Assembly: GCA_050230475.1 (NCBI GenBank)
Contig: JBFLGF010000149.1
Coordinates: 45,518 to 65,517, forward strand
DNA: 20,000 bases
Direction: 5' to 3'
From: Ancylonema sp.
Taxonomy: Eukaryota
In this document: piece by piece, positions 10,056 through 19,999 of the stretch
How the letters are laid out: every line of letters begins with the position of its first letter
Position numbering within the stretch: position 1 is the stretch's first letter
Notes under the pieces: generated by a model
Database searches by the model: none
What the model was told of the DNA's origin: nothing
The model's input: the letters and a program-made list of their open reading frames with translations, nothing else
Program-made: the position numbers and the translations under genes

Positions 10056-11892
10056 AAAGACGCGGCGTGCCGCGTAAGAAGGAAAAGGGCAGAGGCCAGG
10101 GTTTCGGGCGAAAAAAATGAGCTGGAGACAGGCCACGCTCCCGACGGGGGAGTAATGATGGCTGGGCTCAATAGCAGGGAAAATAATGAGCCCAGGGTCG
10201 TAGGGGAAAAAACGGGCTCCCGCGAAGGCAGCAGCGGGGAATGAGGGCCGTCGGATAGATGGCTTGATAAAAAAGACGAAAAAACTGGAAATCTGAAACT
10301 GACGACAGCGACCGTCCGATCTGTATGTGTCAGAAACAGGCGGAGGACAAAAGGTGATGATGGTGCGATTGCGGATTCCACGCTGGCAGATATGAAATCC
10401 GTGGAGGGCGGATGCGCCGTTGGATGAACTGCAGTGGACGGCGACGATGGGGAAAACTTCTGGAAAAACTTGAGGAACTCGGAAACGGAAATGGGCGAGT
10501 AACCAAGTTCGAGAAGATTCCAGGGACGGCCGCGATGAGGTCCAAGACAATGAAGAGGACAGATTGGACCACGTCGACACAGACAGAGCAAACTAAGGCC
10601 AGGACTAGGATCCCACGCAAAACCTTGCGGACCTGGGAAGTGGAAGCCGATGGATCTGGCACGTGCGACCGCCATGGGGAACAAGGCAGGTTGTAGGGAG
10701 TAAAATTGCACGGAAATGGAAATTGTTGCCGCCACTCGGGACAGGCGAGACGGCCGGAACAAAGAAGTGCAGAGGGGAAAGTGCCAGGAAGGGAAAGAGG
10801 GAAATGGAGGGTAGGTAGATAGGGATAACGCCATCGCGGGAGCCGCCGTGCAGAGGCATGGCGATCGAGGTTCGATTCCTCGGGAGGTTGTAAATGGTAG
10901 CGGGGGGGGTAGGACGGGGATATTTTGTGGGGAGAGGGGCGGGCAGGGATGTGATGTCGGGAGGTTTAGGAGGGGGGTGGGAAGAATTGTAGAGAAGGGA
11001 AAGGGTGGCAGAGCCGGGAAGCAGAAGCAAGCCACACGCACAGAGGGGAATGGCCGATTTTGAAAGGTAAGGCTGTGTGCTTGTGTGCGCAGGTTCGGAG
11101 CACGGAGACGGAGGTCGGATGGGAACAAGGGAGACACAAAAGGGAGTGGGGGAGGAGGGTAAGGGTGGGGAGGGGCTGAGTGCAGGGCGGAAAGCAGAGA
11201 CTGGACAGCAGGCCGGGAGTGGAGGGTGTCTGGAGGGGGAGCTGCGACGGAACCGGGGAAGGCAGGAGTCAGAACAGGAACTGCTGGGCGGACGGCGACC
11301 AGACTTGTAGTGTGGTGGACAGCTGGAGCAGTTGTAGGAGTAGGAGGAGGCTGGACAGCAGGTTGTGATGTTTTAGAAGTAGTTGTAGGAGGAAGGGTGT
11401 AGCCTGCGGAGCTGCAGGGATTGCCTAGACAACAGCTGGGGAACTAGCTGTAGAAGGTGCTGATGTTGTAGATAAGAGGAGCAGAGTCTGCTGCGCAGAC
11501 TTGGGTAGAGACTTTTGGTAGGGGACAAAGGGCAGCTAGGTAAGCTTTAGGACTGATAGCGGGAAGTATAGCATGGACTGCCTCTACGGTTCGAAGCCGA
11601 GATCGAAGTCTGGCCTGTTGTTGTCGTAGGGCGGATTGTTGTTGGAGTAAGATAGACATTCGTCGGTAACGCAAGTTTTTCATATCTTGCATTTAACAAA
11701 CTAAATCGGCATAATGTGACTCTGAATCCATGGGTAATGGAACTGGGAATGGGAATGGAAAATCTGAATTAGGTGAATACCTTACGAGATAAAAACTTGA
11801 TTGGAAAACACATGTTTGAAGGTTCGGACAGAACCCAAGAATATACTAATTCACTAGAGGGAAGCTCAATAGTAAACTAATACAAATTTTGG

Positions 11893-11902
11893 ATCCTATC
11901 AA
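11893..11902 (-). other. non-tRNA primer-binding site TTGATAGGAT
   Basis: 2 nt from the 5' LTR, lacks TGG, and is exactly complementary to LTR positions 12007-11998 on the same strand. Confidence 0.7.
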
Positions 11903-11904
11903 AG

Positions 11905-12264
11905 TGTTAGAACCGGAAAGGTTCTAGTTTGAATGAAACATTTTCATAAAAAACGACACAATGTTGAAGGTCATAACTGGGACAGAGAATACATGAGTTG
12001 ATAGGATACTGAATAAACACTACTATAGGGTTTAAATACTAGTCTGAAGCTAGGGTCGGAACTGAACTCCTTATAAAGGAAATTGAACACTAACTCGATA
12101 TAAGAACAAGTTGTAAGTTAGGGCCTAAGAAAGGTCTAACTAATGATAAGGTCTAATAACCAAAATAGGCCTAATAACTAGGCGACCGGGATAATAGCTA
12201 AAAGCTAGCAAAGGTTAGGGCACTCTCTAAGGTAACCCTAGGGACAATAGAGAAAGTCCTAACA
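11905..12264 (-). repeat. 5' LTR (360 bp)
   Basis: TGTTAG...CTAACA, with a TATTTAAA box at 12038-12031 on the minus strand. Confidence 0.92.
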
Positions 12265-12339
12265 CAAGTATTTTGTGTGTGCCTACAAGGCGAGTTGTCA
12301 TTATGGTGTGGTGTGCCTATGTGGTGTGATGTTGAATAA

Positions 12340-13338
12340 TCCGGCACTTGTATTTTGACAAGGCGGAATCGGATAGGCACAAGTGGCAGAAGTCATTTTC
12401 TAGAATAGTGTGGAAGATTTTCGCTAGGAATTTCGCGAGCGGGGCGGAAATTTCTTACGGTGAAATTTCGCGGGGCGGGACCTATCACAGGCGCCGGACG
12501 CTTGGGAGTGCCTCCCATCGGAGATCCGCTGACCATAGGCATTGGTGACTGCCTCGGCGAAGTGATTGCAGCCTGATGAATAGCTAAATGCATTGCGGAT
12601 CCAGCCACAGTCTCAACTACTGGAGGGGCGGATGTCGTTTGACCGCGGGGCGCATTCGCCGGAGGCACATTCAAAGACATTTCTTGATATGTTTTGATGA
12701 AAGCTACAAGTGTTTCTTCGAAACTCATGCACAGTGCTATAGTGCCGAAGAATCTGCCACGATCTAAGTCCTGCTCTGATACCAATGTAATGTATCGCCA
12801 CAGGGCGATATATATCACGTTATTTGCAAGTAACAAACACATACGACTCGAACGTAATCGACACGCTGTGTCCGCACTCTGCACCAACTAGAGCTTGTTC
12901 AACAACTAAATGACTGAATACTCTGCACGCTGCGGCGTGTATGTTTGAAGGCGGAGCACACGATCGAATCGTGCACAAGCTCGTGTTCAGTTGAGGAAAA
13001 GCTCCCTCAGCTGACACCGGTTGAAAGCTCTACGAGCTCGAACTATCGATGCGGGGTGGAATCCGCAAACAACGGTTGACTTGCGTCATGTACGGCTGAA
13101 TCCGTACGACCGGACGGGGATTTTGACCCGTCAAAGGACCCGTCGAAATACTAGACAGTTACCGGCTCCATGCGGGGGCGGTAATATATAATATTAAACA
13201 AGTATTAATTGGCGCAACCTTGCGCCAAGTATTAATAATACTTAGGCGGGGCGCAGGCCCGAGGCCGGCGTCCCTCTCTATAAGCAACTCTGCTTATAGG
13301 CACAATCGATAATTAACTTATTAATTATCGACAAAACA
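12340..13338 (-). mobile_element. truncated LTR retrotransposon: 5' LTR, Met PBS and start of a gag-like ORF
   Basis: PBS TGGTATCAGAGC at 12784-12773, 1 nt from an LTR edge (TGTAA at 12786). The ORF MSFEETLVAFIK... is Pro-rich and runs from ~12729 to a stop at 12393. The outer LTR edge (~13338) is uncertain, and no partner LTR is in the window. Confidence 0.65.
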
Positions 13339-13354
13339 GTAATGCACAAACGCA

Positions 13355-13795
13355 CACGTCACTCCGTTAAGAGGGGGCGAGGTGGCTCTGTATTTCTGAG
13401 GGGAGGCGCAAGAGTCCAGAGCAGCGAGAGAGAGCAGCTTGCTTGAAACTCTTACTCATTGTGGTTGTGAGAGTGAGTATCTTGCGTTGAGTGCAACACG
13501 AAATGAGGTAGTCTACATTCATAAATGCAAAAAGAGTTAGGGATCTCTAGAAAAAGGGTGTGCTGCTGTTGGGAAATAATGAGAGTTCTATGAAGTTGGC
13601 AGAAAACCCTATTTTTTATAAACAGATCCAAGCACATTTGAGATTAAATACCATTCGACTAGGGAGAGGGTAACCAAGAAGAAGATTGAGTCGAAGTTTG
13701 TGAGGAGTGAGGAGCAGGCTACTGACATGCTCACAAAAGTTGTGTAAGTCAAGGTGTTGAATGCACATTGTGCCATTGTTGGTTTGGTGACTGAG
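13355..13795 (+). pseudogene. Copia RNase H remnant of a second, related copy
   Basis: KRGRGGSVF, LETLTHCGCESEYLALSA, NESSMKLAENPIF, IKYHSTRER and EEQATDMLTK in broken frames; homologous to 5888-6300. Confidence 0.88.
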
Positions 13796-13867
13796 TAGTA
13801 AGGAGCTGTGAAAAATCGATATCAATGCATATCATTTTTGGAAGGGGACAGGTTCCAAGGGAGAAGG

Positions 13868-14252
13868 TGTTAGTTTTTAGGGTCTGTGAACTTTTATCAT
13901 TTTATCGATTTTAGGGCTTAAGTCGATTGTCGATTTGTCGTTTTGCCTGTCGATATGATTGTGATGTTACATTTGGCCACCTAGCATCGTGTCGATAAGA
14001 ATAGATGACTTTGCACAATACAGGAATATGATTGGTGTTGACTTGATAGTTTGATCACTAGTGATCTTTGACTAGGTTGGGTCATGGATCACAATTGATT
14101 GTATCCAGTCTGAGCTTGCAAGCAAAATTTTGTACTAAATCAATCTATCTCAAACTTGCACTGTCGTTGTGTGTGTTTATAAAGCCGTGGATGTTTGCTT
14201 CAAGTGTGAAGTCTGTCACTTCTTGCATCGATGGCAAAAGATAGCGGCAACA
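13868..14252 (+). repeat. 3' LTR of the second Copia copy (385 bp), preceded by PPT AAGGGAGAAGG
   Basis: TGTTAGTTTTTAGGG..TGTGAACTTTT and TCTTGCATCGATGGCA..CAACA match the reverse complement of the two ends of the 5344/8997 LTRs. Confidence 0.88.
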
Positions 14253-15337
14253 TCCCAATCCCCGATCCCCGATGCGGATGGGCGCCGGATCGGACCCGAT
14301 CCGGATCGGCGCGGGGTCGGAGCTTTCCCGAACGGTTCGCGACCAACTATGATAACGGTGAATACACATTGAGTATGTAAGCGTCATTGCGCGCCTTGGC
14401 AAAAAGCTTTGTTGTATTTGGATTTCCCTTTTTTACGGCGGTGTTGTTTGGCACCGGTCCGGGCCTTGACACGTCCAATACCGGTTTGTTATATCTTAGG
14501 ACGACGTGACCAACTAAAGGCAAAAACATAGTCGGGTGCGCACATGTTCAAAACATCTGCGCATCGCGCACCTCCTATCAAAATCCAAATTGGAAATTTC
14601 GACCAAGTTCAAAGTCGTCACTTGCAGAGGTAAGTATTTAAAGAAATTTTACCTAGAGTTTTCTTACGTAGTTGGACACGCACATGTGCGCGGGTTTGAG
14701 CGCACGCGTTCCGATCATGTGCGCGATTTTAGCTGTGCGCACCCAACCATGGATAAGTTTCATGCCACACGCACAACGGTTGGTACCGATAAGAGTCATG
14801 TTTGAAGTCTGATAAGTAAGTTCGCGGATCCCAACATTACGATGTTCCACTTTTAGTCATATTGTTGGATTATACGGATACCCTGATGACCATCAAATAC
14901 GATTGTTGCATCACGCGTATGATCTCCTTAGCGGGCACATAGTCCTGAACAACTATTCGTGAGTGGGAGTATTCATGTTTTGGTATTTTAATTCCTATTG
15001 CGACCAATGAGGCCTGGAATCATTTAACTTTGTCACCTCGACTTCTACGCATATGGGCCATATGGACTGGATCCCGCATGGTCCCCCATCCGGATCGGAG
15101 CCGGATCCGACCTAGTCTAAATCGGCGCCGAAGCAAGGATCACCCGACTGTATTACGCTTAAATAGAAATTGAATATGGAAACCTGTTTTTGGGGGGGTC
15201 TGTGTCAAATTTGGTGTGTATAAAGATTTTATTATTTTTTCCATCGACTTTCGTGAATCTGCGGCGCTTCCGTTCCGAATCGGAGGCGAAACGGGCCGGA
15301 GCGACGACAAACGGGAGATTCCCTACTTGGATTGGGC
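14253..15337. mobile_element. possible non-autonomous DNA transposon (PIF/Harbinger-like ends)
   Basis: CCCAATCC (14254) and GGATTGGG (15329-15336) are inverted ends, the right one followed by C-TTA. CCGGATCGG/ATCGGCGC motif clusters lie near both ends. Confidence 0.3.
14527..14751. mobile_element. MITE with 18-bp TIRs
   Basis: CATAGTCGGGTGCGCACA and TGTGCGCACCCAACCATG match at 16/18, with internal GTGCGC/GCGCAC repeats. No clear TSD. Confidence 0.65.
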
Positions 15338-15827
15338 TTAACTATGTTGGAGACTCTTACATTTAAGAGAGTACAGGTGTCAGAGTCATTCAAATGAGTG
15401 ATTGAAATTTAGGTATTCTATCACAGCGACATGCTTAATTAAATAAGAAATCAGTTCAAGACTGAAGCTCGACCAGGCAATCTTCTTCATCCCCTCTCTT
15501 ATGTACCGACAAAAAACTGAAGTGTGGTCAAGACTCCTACCAGCAGTGACACCTAAGCTAGACTTCAGTAAGCGCCCACAATCGTCAGCCGAAGGTATTT
15601 CTAGAAGCCACCTTTCCGTCCTGCCAAAAAGTTATGCCTGCCTATGTTCCCCCCACTACCTGCAAGCGTGCATGTGCGCCTGCCCATGCATGAGTGCAGA
15701 GAAGAACAGACAACGTACATCCGTCTCTGCCAGAGTCCGCCACCTGATTAGCCCAAAGATTCTCTAAGAGAACCTCCATTAAGGAGGAGAATCGCAACCA
15801 CAAAACAGTAGAAAAAAAATGGTCACC

Positions 15828-16472
15828 CTACATGGAGGTCCTGAACACCACGCATCGCCTCCTTTGCGGATAGATCTGATTTCCGTCGTTAACAAAGAGC
15901 TTGGTCAGCTCCCCCGACGTGTTGGGAATCGTTAGGTCCGTGATAGGAAGGAGAACACATCGGTCGCGGGCATACCATCTCCTCCCGTGCTGTCCCCTCT
16001 TCCCCTGGGTTTTCCTGTTAAATGTTCGGACCCACAGCTTGCCAACGTTTGACCCTCCCGAGTTAAGGTAATATTGGTTGCCGGCAGTCACCATGGGCGG
16101 CAGCTTATTGCAAGTCAAGTACGTCCCATTCTGGTACGTGTCCACAACATTCACAAGCTGCTGCGTTTGAACGTTCTTCACACCTGGCGCGAAGTTAAAT
16201 AAGGACCCTGACCAGTGGAAGCTCTTTGCAAGAATGGGACTGAGAACATGGTCACCATTGAAGCCATCTGCCAGGTGAAATGTGGGAACGATGTGATCGT
16301 AGCCATCAAAGAAGAAGTCACAGTACTGGAAGGGAGATTTTGGACAGCAATTTCCCACACCCTGACTCTTCGCTTGATAGGGGGTAAGACCCTCCCCAAG
16401 AGCCCTCCCAGCTGCCGATAGAGGTACCACCACTAATATAAGTACCGATGGAAGCAGCCTCAACGCAGCCAT
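15828..16472 (-). CDS. intronless secreted Cys-containing protein of unknown family (214 aa)
   Basis: Uninterrupted ORF. MAALRLLPSVLILVVVPLSAAG reads as a signal peptide, and the ATG has a good +4 G context. 6 Cys, sequons NGT and NTS, globular composition. Confidence 0.75.
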   Translation of the reverse strand: MAALRLLPSVLILVVVPLSAAGRALGEGLTPYQAKSQGVGNCCPKSPFQYCDFFFDGYDHIVPTFHLADGFNGDHVLSPILAKSFHWSGSLFNFAPGVKNVQTQQLVNVVDTYQNGTYLTCNKLPPMVTAGNQYYLNSGGSNVGKLWVRTFNRKTQGKRGQHGRRWYARDRCVLLPITDLTIPNTSGELTKLFVNDGNQIYPQRRRCVVFRTSM

Positions 16473-17238
16473 GTAGAACACGGGCAACATCGGATACACC
16501 GAGGACACAAGTCCACCAGAACCGTAGCGGAATGGTAGGAGGTGTGATGGTGGTTGTGTAGGCAGACACGAACGATTTTTTCCGTCTGTTCTTTCGACGC
16601 AACGTTGAGGCGACAACCCAAATCTGGCATTTGGGTTGTTGCGTCGTTGATCGCGTTCGTGCGGACCACGTTTGGTCCGACTACGTAAACCCAACACGTG
16701 TGATAAACGTTAAAATATCCAGGTGGCAGGACCAATGCTGCCCGGCCAATGCGGGCTTAGTGACCGATGATGTACCTCCCTCCTGACACATTATATTTGC
16801 TTTCGGATGATTGGTCTAGACAAGTACGATCATCTCGCTAATCGACAGGTTGCTCCATCATCTTACAAAGAGCCAACGGATTGACAATTGCCAATCATCA
16901 TTCGTTCTGACAAGTGACGCTGTCGACCGCCATGATTTGCCACTTGGAGAGACCTGATTCCACGTCGTCTCTACGAAAGAATCTCGACTTCGTAACTTGT
17001 AGACCACGTTAGTTTAGGTTATGGACGGGGATCGGCCCGCGCTAGGGGGTTTCTATCCACCGCTTTCCTACCAAATTCGGTGCCCAGCCGGGTTGGGCAT
17101 CGGTAGGGAGTAGGGCAGCAAAAGTTGCAAGCCAAAAGCAAAAACCAACTTGGATCGATCTAGCACACAAAGTAGACAAGTGTGCATCCTTGTCGTTAGC
17201 TTTGTGTTATGTTTATATCCAAGTTTTCAATGAAAATG

Positions 17239-17740
17239 CAGTGCTGCACCGGGTCCGTATTCCGTACGTCACGTTTTCCACACGGGGCCGTGAGCAATCT
17301 TCCGTCCCTGGCAAATGCAAACGTCGTACGGATTTTCTCGCAAACGTCCGGAATACGTCCGTGACATGTGGCAAACGTGTACGGAATGTACGAATGCAAA
17401 CGTTTGCGATTGCAAACGTTTGAAATACGTCCGTGAAATGCGGCAAACGTGCACAGATTGTACGAATGCAAACAATTGCGTGTAGTTTTTTGTTTTTTTG
17501 TTTTTTACTAATTCCACAAAATATTGATCACGTTATAGTGGTGAACGTCATGAACCAATGATGACGAGTCTTCCATACTTTCATACTTTAGTTACCGGAA
17601 GTGTACCACACGTAAACAAAAAAAAATACGATGCGGACGTTTGCAAAACTTTTGCAACTTTCGCCGCACGCACGTATTCCGTACGTACGCGTTTGCAATA
17701 CGGCGTTTGCAGGTATTTTTTCCGTCCCGGTGTATCACTG
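17239..17740. mobile_element. hAT-like non-autonomous element/MITE (502 bp)
   Basis: TIRs CAGTGCTGCACCGGG and CCCGGTGTATCACTG (13/15), 8-bp TSD TGAAAATG/TGAAAGTG (7/8), and dense subterminal GCAAACG/CGTACG repeats in both arms. Confidence 0.85.
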
Positions 17741-18105
17741 TGAAAGTGTGAAATCAGATTACGGTAACCCATGAAAAGACGCGCAACTAGCCTTACATCA
17801 TTGGACGCCATTCAATATGCGATCTATGAATATGTGAATAAATTGAGAACAAACATTGCATCACCTGGCTGAATTATAAATTATATCAAGTAAATATAGT
17901 AAAACGTATCGTAGTTAGTATTGTCTTTATTTATAACCCTTCTCAATTAAGACTTGTTACTCGTAGAGACCATCGGCAAGTTTAATCAATAACAACCCTC
18001 TCGAATGTGTTATTTAATCTTCTCCTTAGTCCCGCCGACGTGTTGATGAACAATGTATGGAAGATGTACGTATCCGCAGAGAATGCTTGTTTACGATTCA
18101 TCTTT

Positions 18106-18328
18106 CAGGGTTTTAGGTTCAAAGAAAAACCGATAAAAAACCAAAAAATGTTCGATTCCCTACCGATCCCTACCGGTTCCTCCCTACCGCCCTACCCCCT
18201 ACCCAGCCAACCGCGGTTGTTCTAAATTCCCTACCCCATATTGCATATATGGGAACCGGTAGCTAAAGTGGTAGCTACCGTGGTGGGACGGTAGGGAGTA
18301 GGGCGCCAGGACGGTGTCGCCAACCCTA
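18106..18328. mobile_element. hAT-like MITE with CCCTACC/GGTAGGG subterminal repeats
   Basis: Ends CAGGGTT and AACCCTA; about six CCCTACC on the left and GGTAG copies on the right. CGGTAGGGAGTAGGGC also occurs at ~17100-17116. No clean TSD. Confidence 0.5.
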
Positions 18329-18339
18329 ATCTCTACCAT

Positions 18340-18938
18340 TTAGACGGGGGTTGCGCCATTAGGCACCTCAAACGTCCCGAATTTTCCCAACCACATCCCA
18401 ATAGCCACCGGGTTGGGAATGCGCCATCAAAGTGGGATGCGGTTGGCTAGTTGGCAAAATGAAATTGAAAAAAAAAAAAAAAAAAAACGAAAATCTCAAA
18501 AGTTCAAACGATAGGTCCAAGTTGGGTAGCAAAAAAAATCAAGAATTACATCAAATCAATAGCGAACCATCGCATTTAGATGCCGGCACCAAGAGTATAT
18601 GTATGAGAAGGCTTTGGTACCACTTATGTGATGTTGTGGACTAGGCTAACAAGGTGAATACCTTGTAAGATGATGATATATTGAACAACGCAAAACTATT
18701 TTCTCTTCTTCATTTTTTTGGTACAATTATTTTCTCTTTAAAGCACACGTTCGCAACCCAACCGCCCTAACCGCATCCAAACCGGGTGGAGATTGGCCAA
18801 TCGGGTGGGAGTCGGCTTGCGGCTGGCCTAAAGGCACCCGGGTTGGCCAACCGTTACCCACATGAGCGCTGTCGGGATTGGCCACCACGCGGTTGGGCGG
18901 TTGGCCGGCGCGCGATCGGCGCGGAGGTAACAACCCTA
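18340..18938. mobile_element. hAT-like non-autonomous element with CCAACC/GGTTGG subterminal repeats
   Basis: GC-rich motif arms (18345-18455, 18750-18938) flank an AT-rich core with a poly(A) run at ~18468-18487. The right end is CAACCCTA. Confidence 0.45.
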
Positions 18939-18961
18939 AAAGTTACACAAAATAACCAAAT

Positions 18962-19854
18962 CATAGTAGTACCCAAACGGGTCAGAGCTTTTTGTGGACG
19001 CGTCCGGAACACGTCCACTAGCGAACGCGTCCGCGACGTCCGGGTCCGAAAAGCGTCCGGGTACCGCGGGGATATTAAATTATCAAATTATCAAATGATT
19101 TCCGGCGACGGAGAAACCGTACTAGTTATGCTTTCTGTTTTTCCAAAATCAATTATTTCCCTAATGATTGTTTAAAGTTGACCCGGGATTCCGTTAGTTA
19201 TTATCAATGATTTTTGGGGGATGATTCCGGGTTGTAGGAATCAAAACCGTAAAAGATTTCCTTATCTGGGAATTAAAATTCAAAATATTTGCCATTATCC
19301 ATGTATATTTACCGTATATTTTGACATCCCAATGCACGTGGGAAGCACTCGTAGTAGTCGCGATATCTCGACCGGCCAAAATTTTGTCGTTATGCATGGT
19401 CTTCTGTTGTCGCGTAGCGCGTCTAATAGGCAATATTTCCCATGTCGTGGGACTTTAGGGCCCGGTACATAGTTTGTGACGTCGTAAATGTCGCTCGTTA
19501 AAAAAAATGTCCTTTTGCGCGTGCCTACTCGTGTAGCCTCTTTCATCACATATAGAGTCACATCCAGGGGACCCCGAATATCCTTTAAATGATTCCTAAA
19601 ACGGGTTTTATTAATGATTTTGAGTGTCATTTTCCTACCATTTAGAAACAAATTTAAATGATAACTTTCGGGTTTCGATAATTAATCAAAAAAATATTTA
19701 CGGTGCCCACCACGGTATTTGTGGACGTGACCGAAAGACGCCCGTTAGCGGACGGATTTGCGACATCCGGTTCCGAAAAGTAACCGTGCACCGGGCGCGC
19801 TCGGTACACGCTCGCTTGGACGATAATCGTCCGAGCGGTTCCTACCCAATTATG
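18962..19854. mobile_element. degenerate non-autonomous DNA transposon
   Basis: GTCCG/CGGAC-rich arms (18975-19070, 19700-19840), AT-rich core, weak CATAGT/ATTATG ends, no TSD. Confidence 0.35.
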
Positions 19855-19916
19855 ATCACAGTTGTTATTATGTTTGCAAAATATATGACAATCTGATAAT
19901 ATGGTAATATGTTAGT

Positions 19917-19921
<5 letters not shown>

Positions 19922-19999
<78 letters not shown>
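19922..19999. repeat. (CT)n microsatellite
   Basis: Perfect TC dinucleotide run of ~78 bp. Confidence 0.98.

Larger units (their letters stand above)
9672..12264 (-). mobile_element. non-autonomous LTR retroelement, putatively self-priming (chromovirus-like)
   Basis: LTRs at 9672-10041 and 11905-12264 (roughly 90% identical by eye), outer termini TGTTAG...CTAACA, minus-strand PPT, and no recognisable pol motifs inside. Flanks CTAG/CAAG form only an imperfect TSD. Confidence 0.85.

Noticed and set aside
10034..11137. 367-aa ORF as a host gene
   Set aside because: Low-complexity Pro/Ser/Leu/Phe frame caused by strand skew inside an LTR element, with several overlapping open frames and no motifs.
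16473..16697. N-terminal extension of the 289-aa ORF
   Set aside because: The track start is a non-ATG codon, and the extension would bury the signal peptide. ATG 16472 (or 16490) is more plausible.
17260..17475. CRISPR-like or iteron-like repeat array
   Set aside because: The repeats are short, irregularly spaced and lack unique spacers. They sit inside a TIR/TSD-bounded hAT-like element.
18106..18938. Telomere-like AACCCTA/AGGGTT motifs
   Set aside because: Isolated single copies at element ends, not a tandem array.
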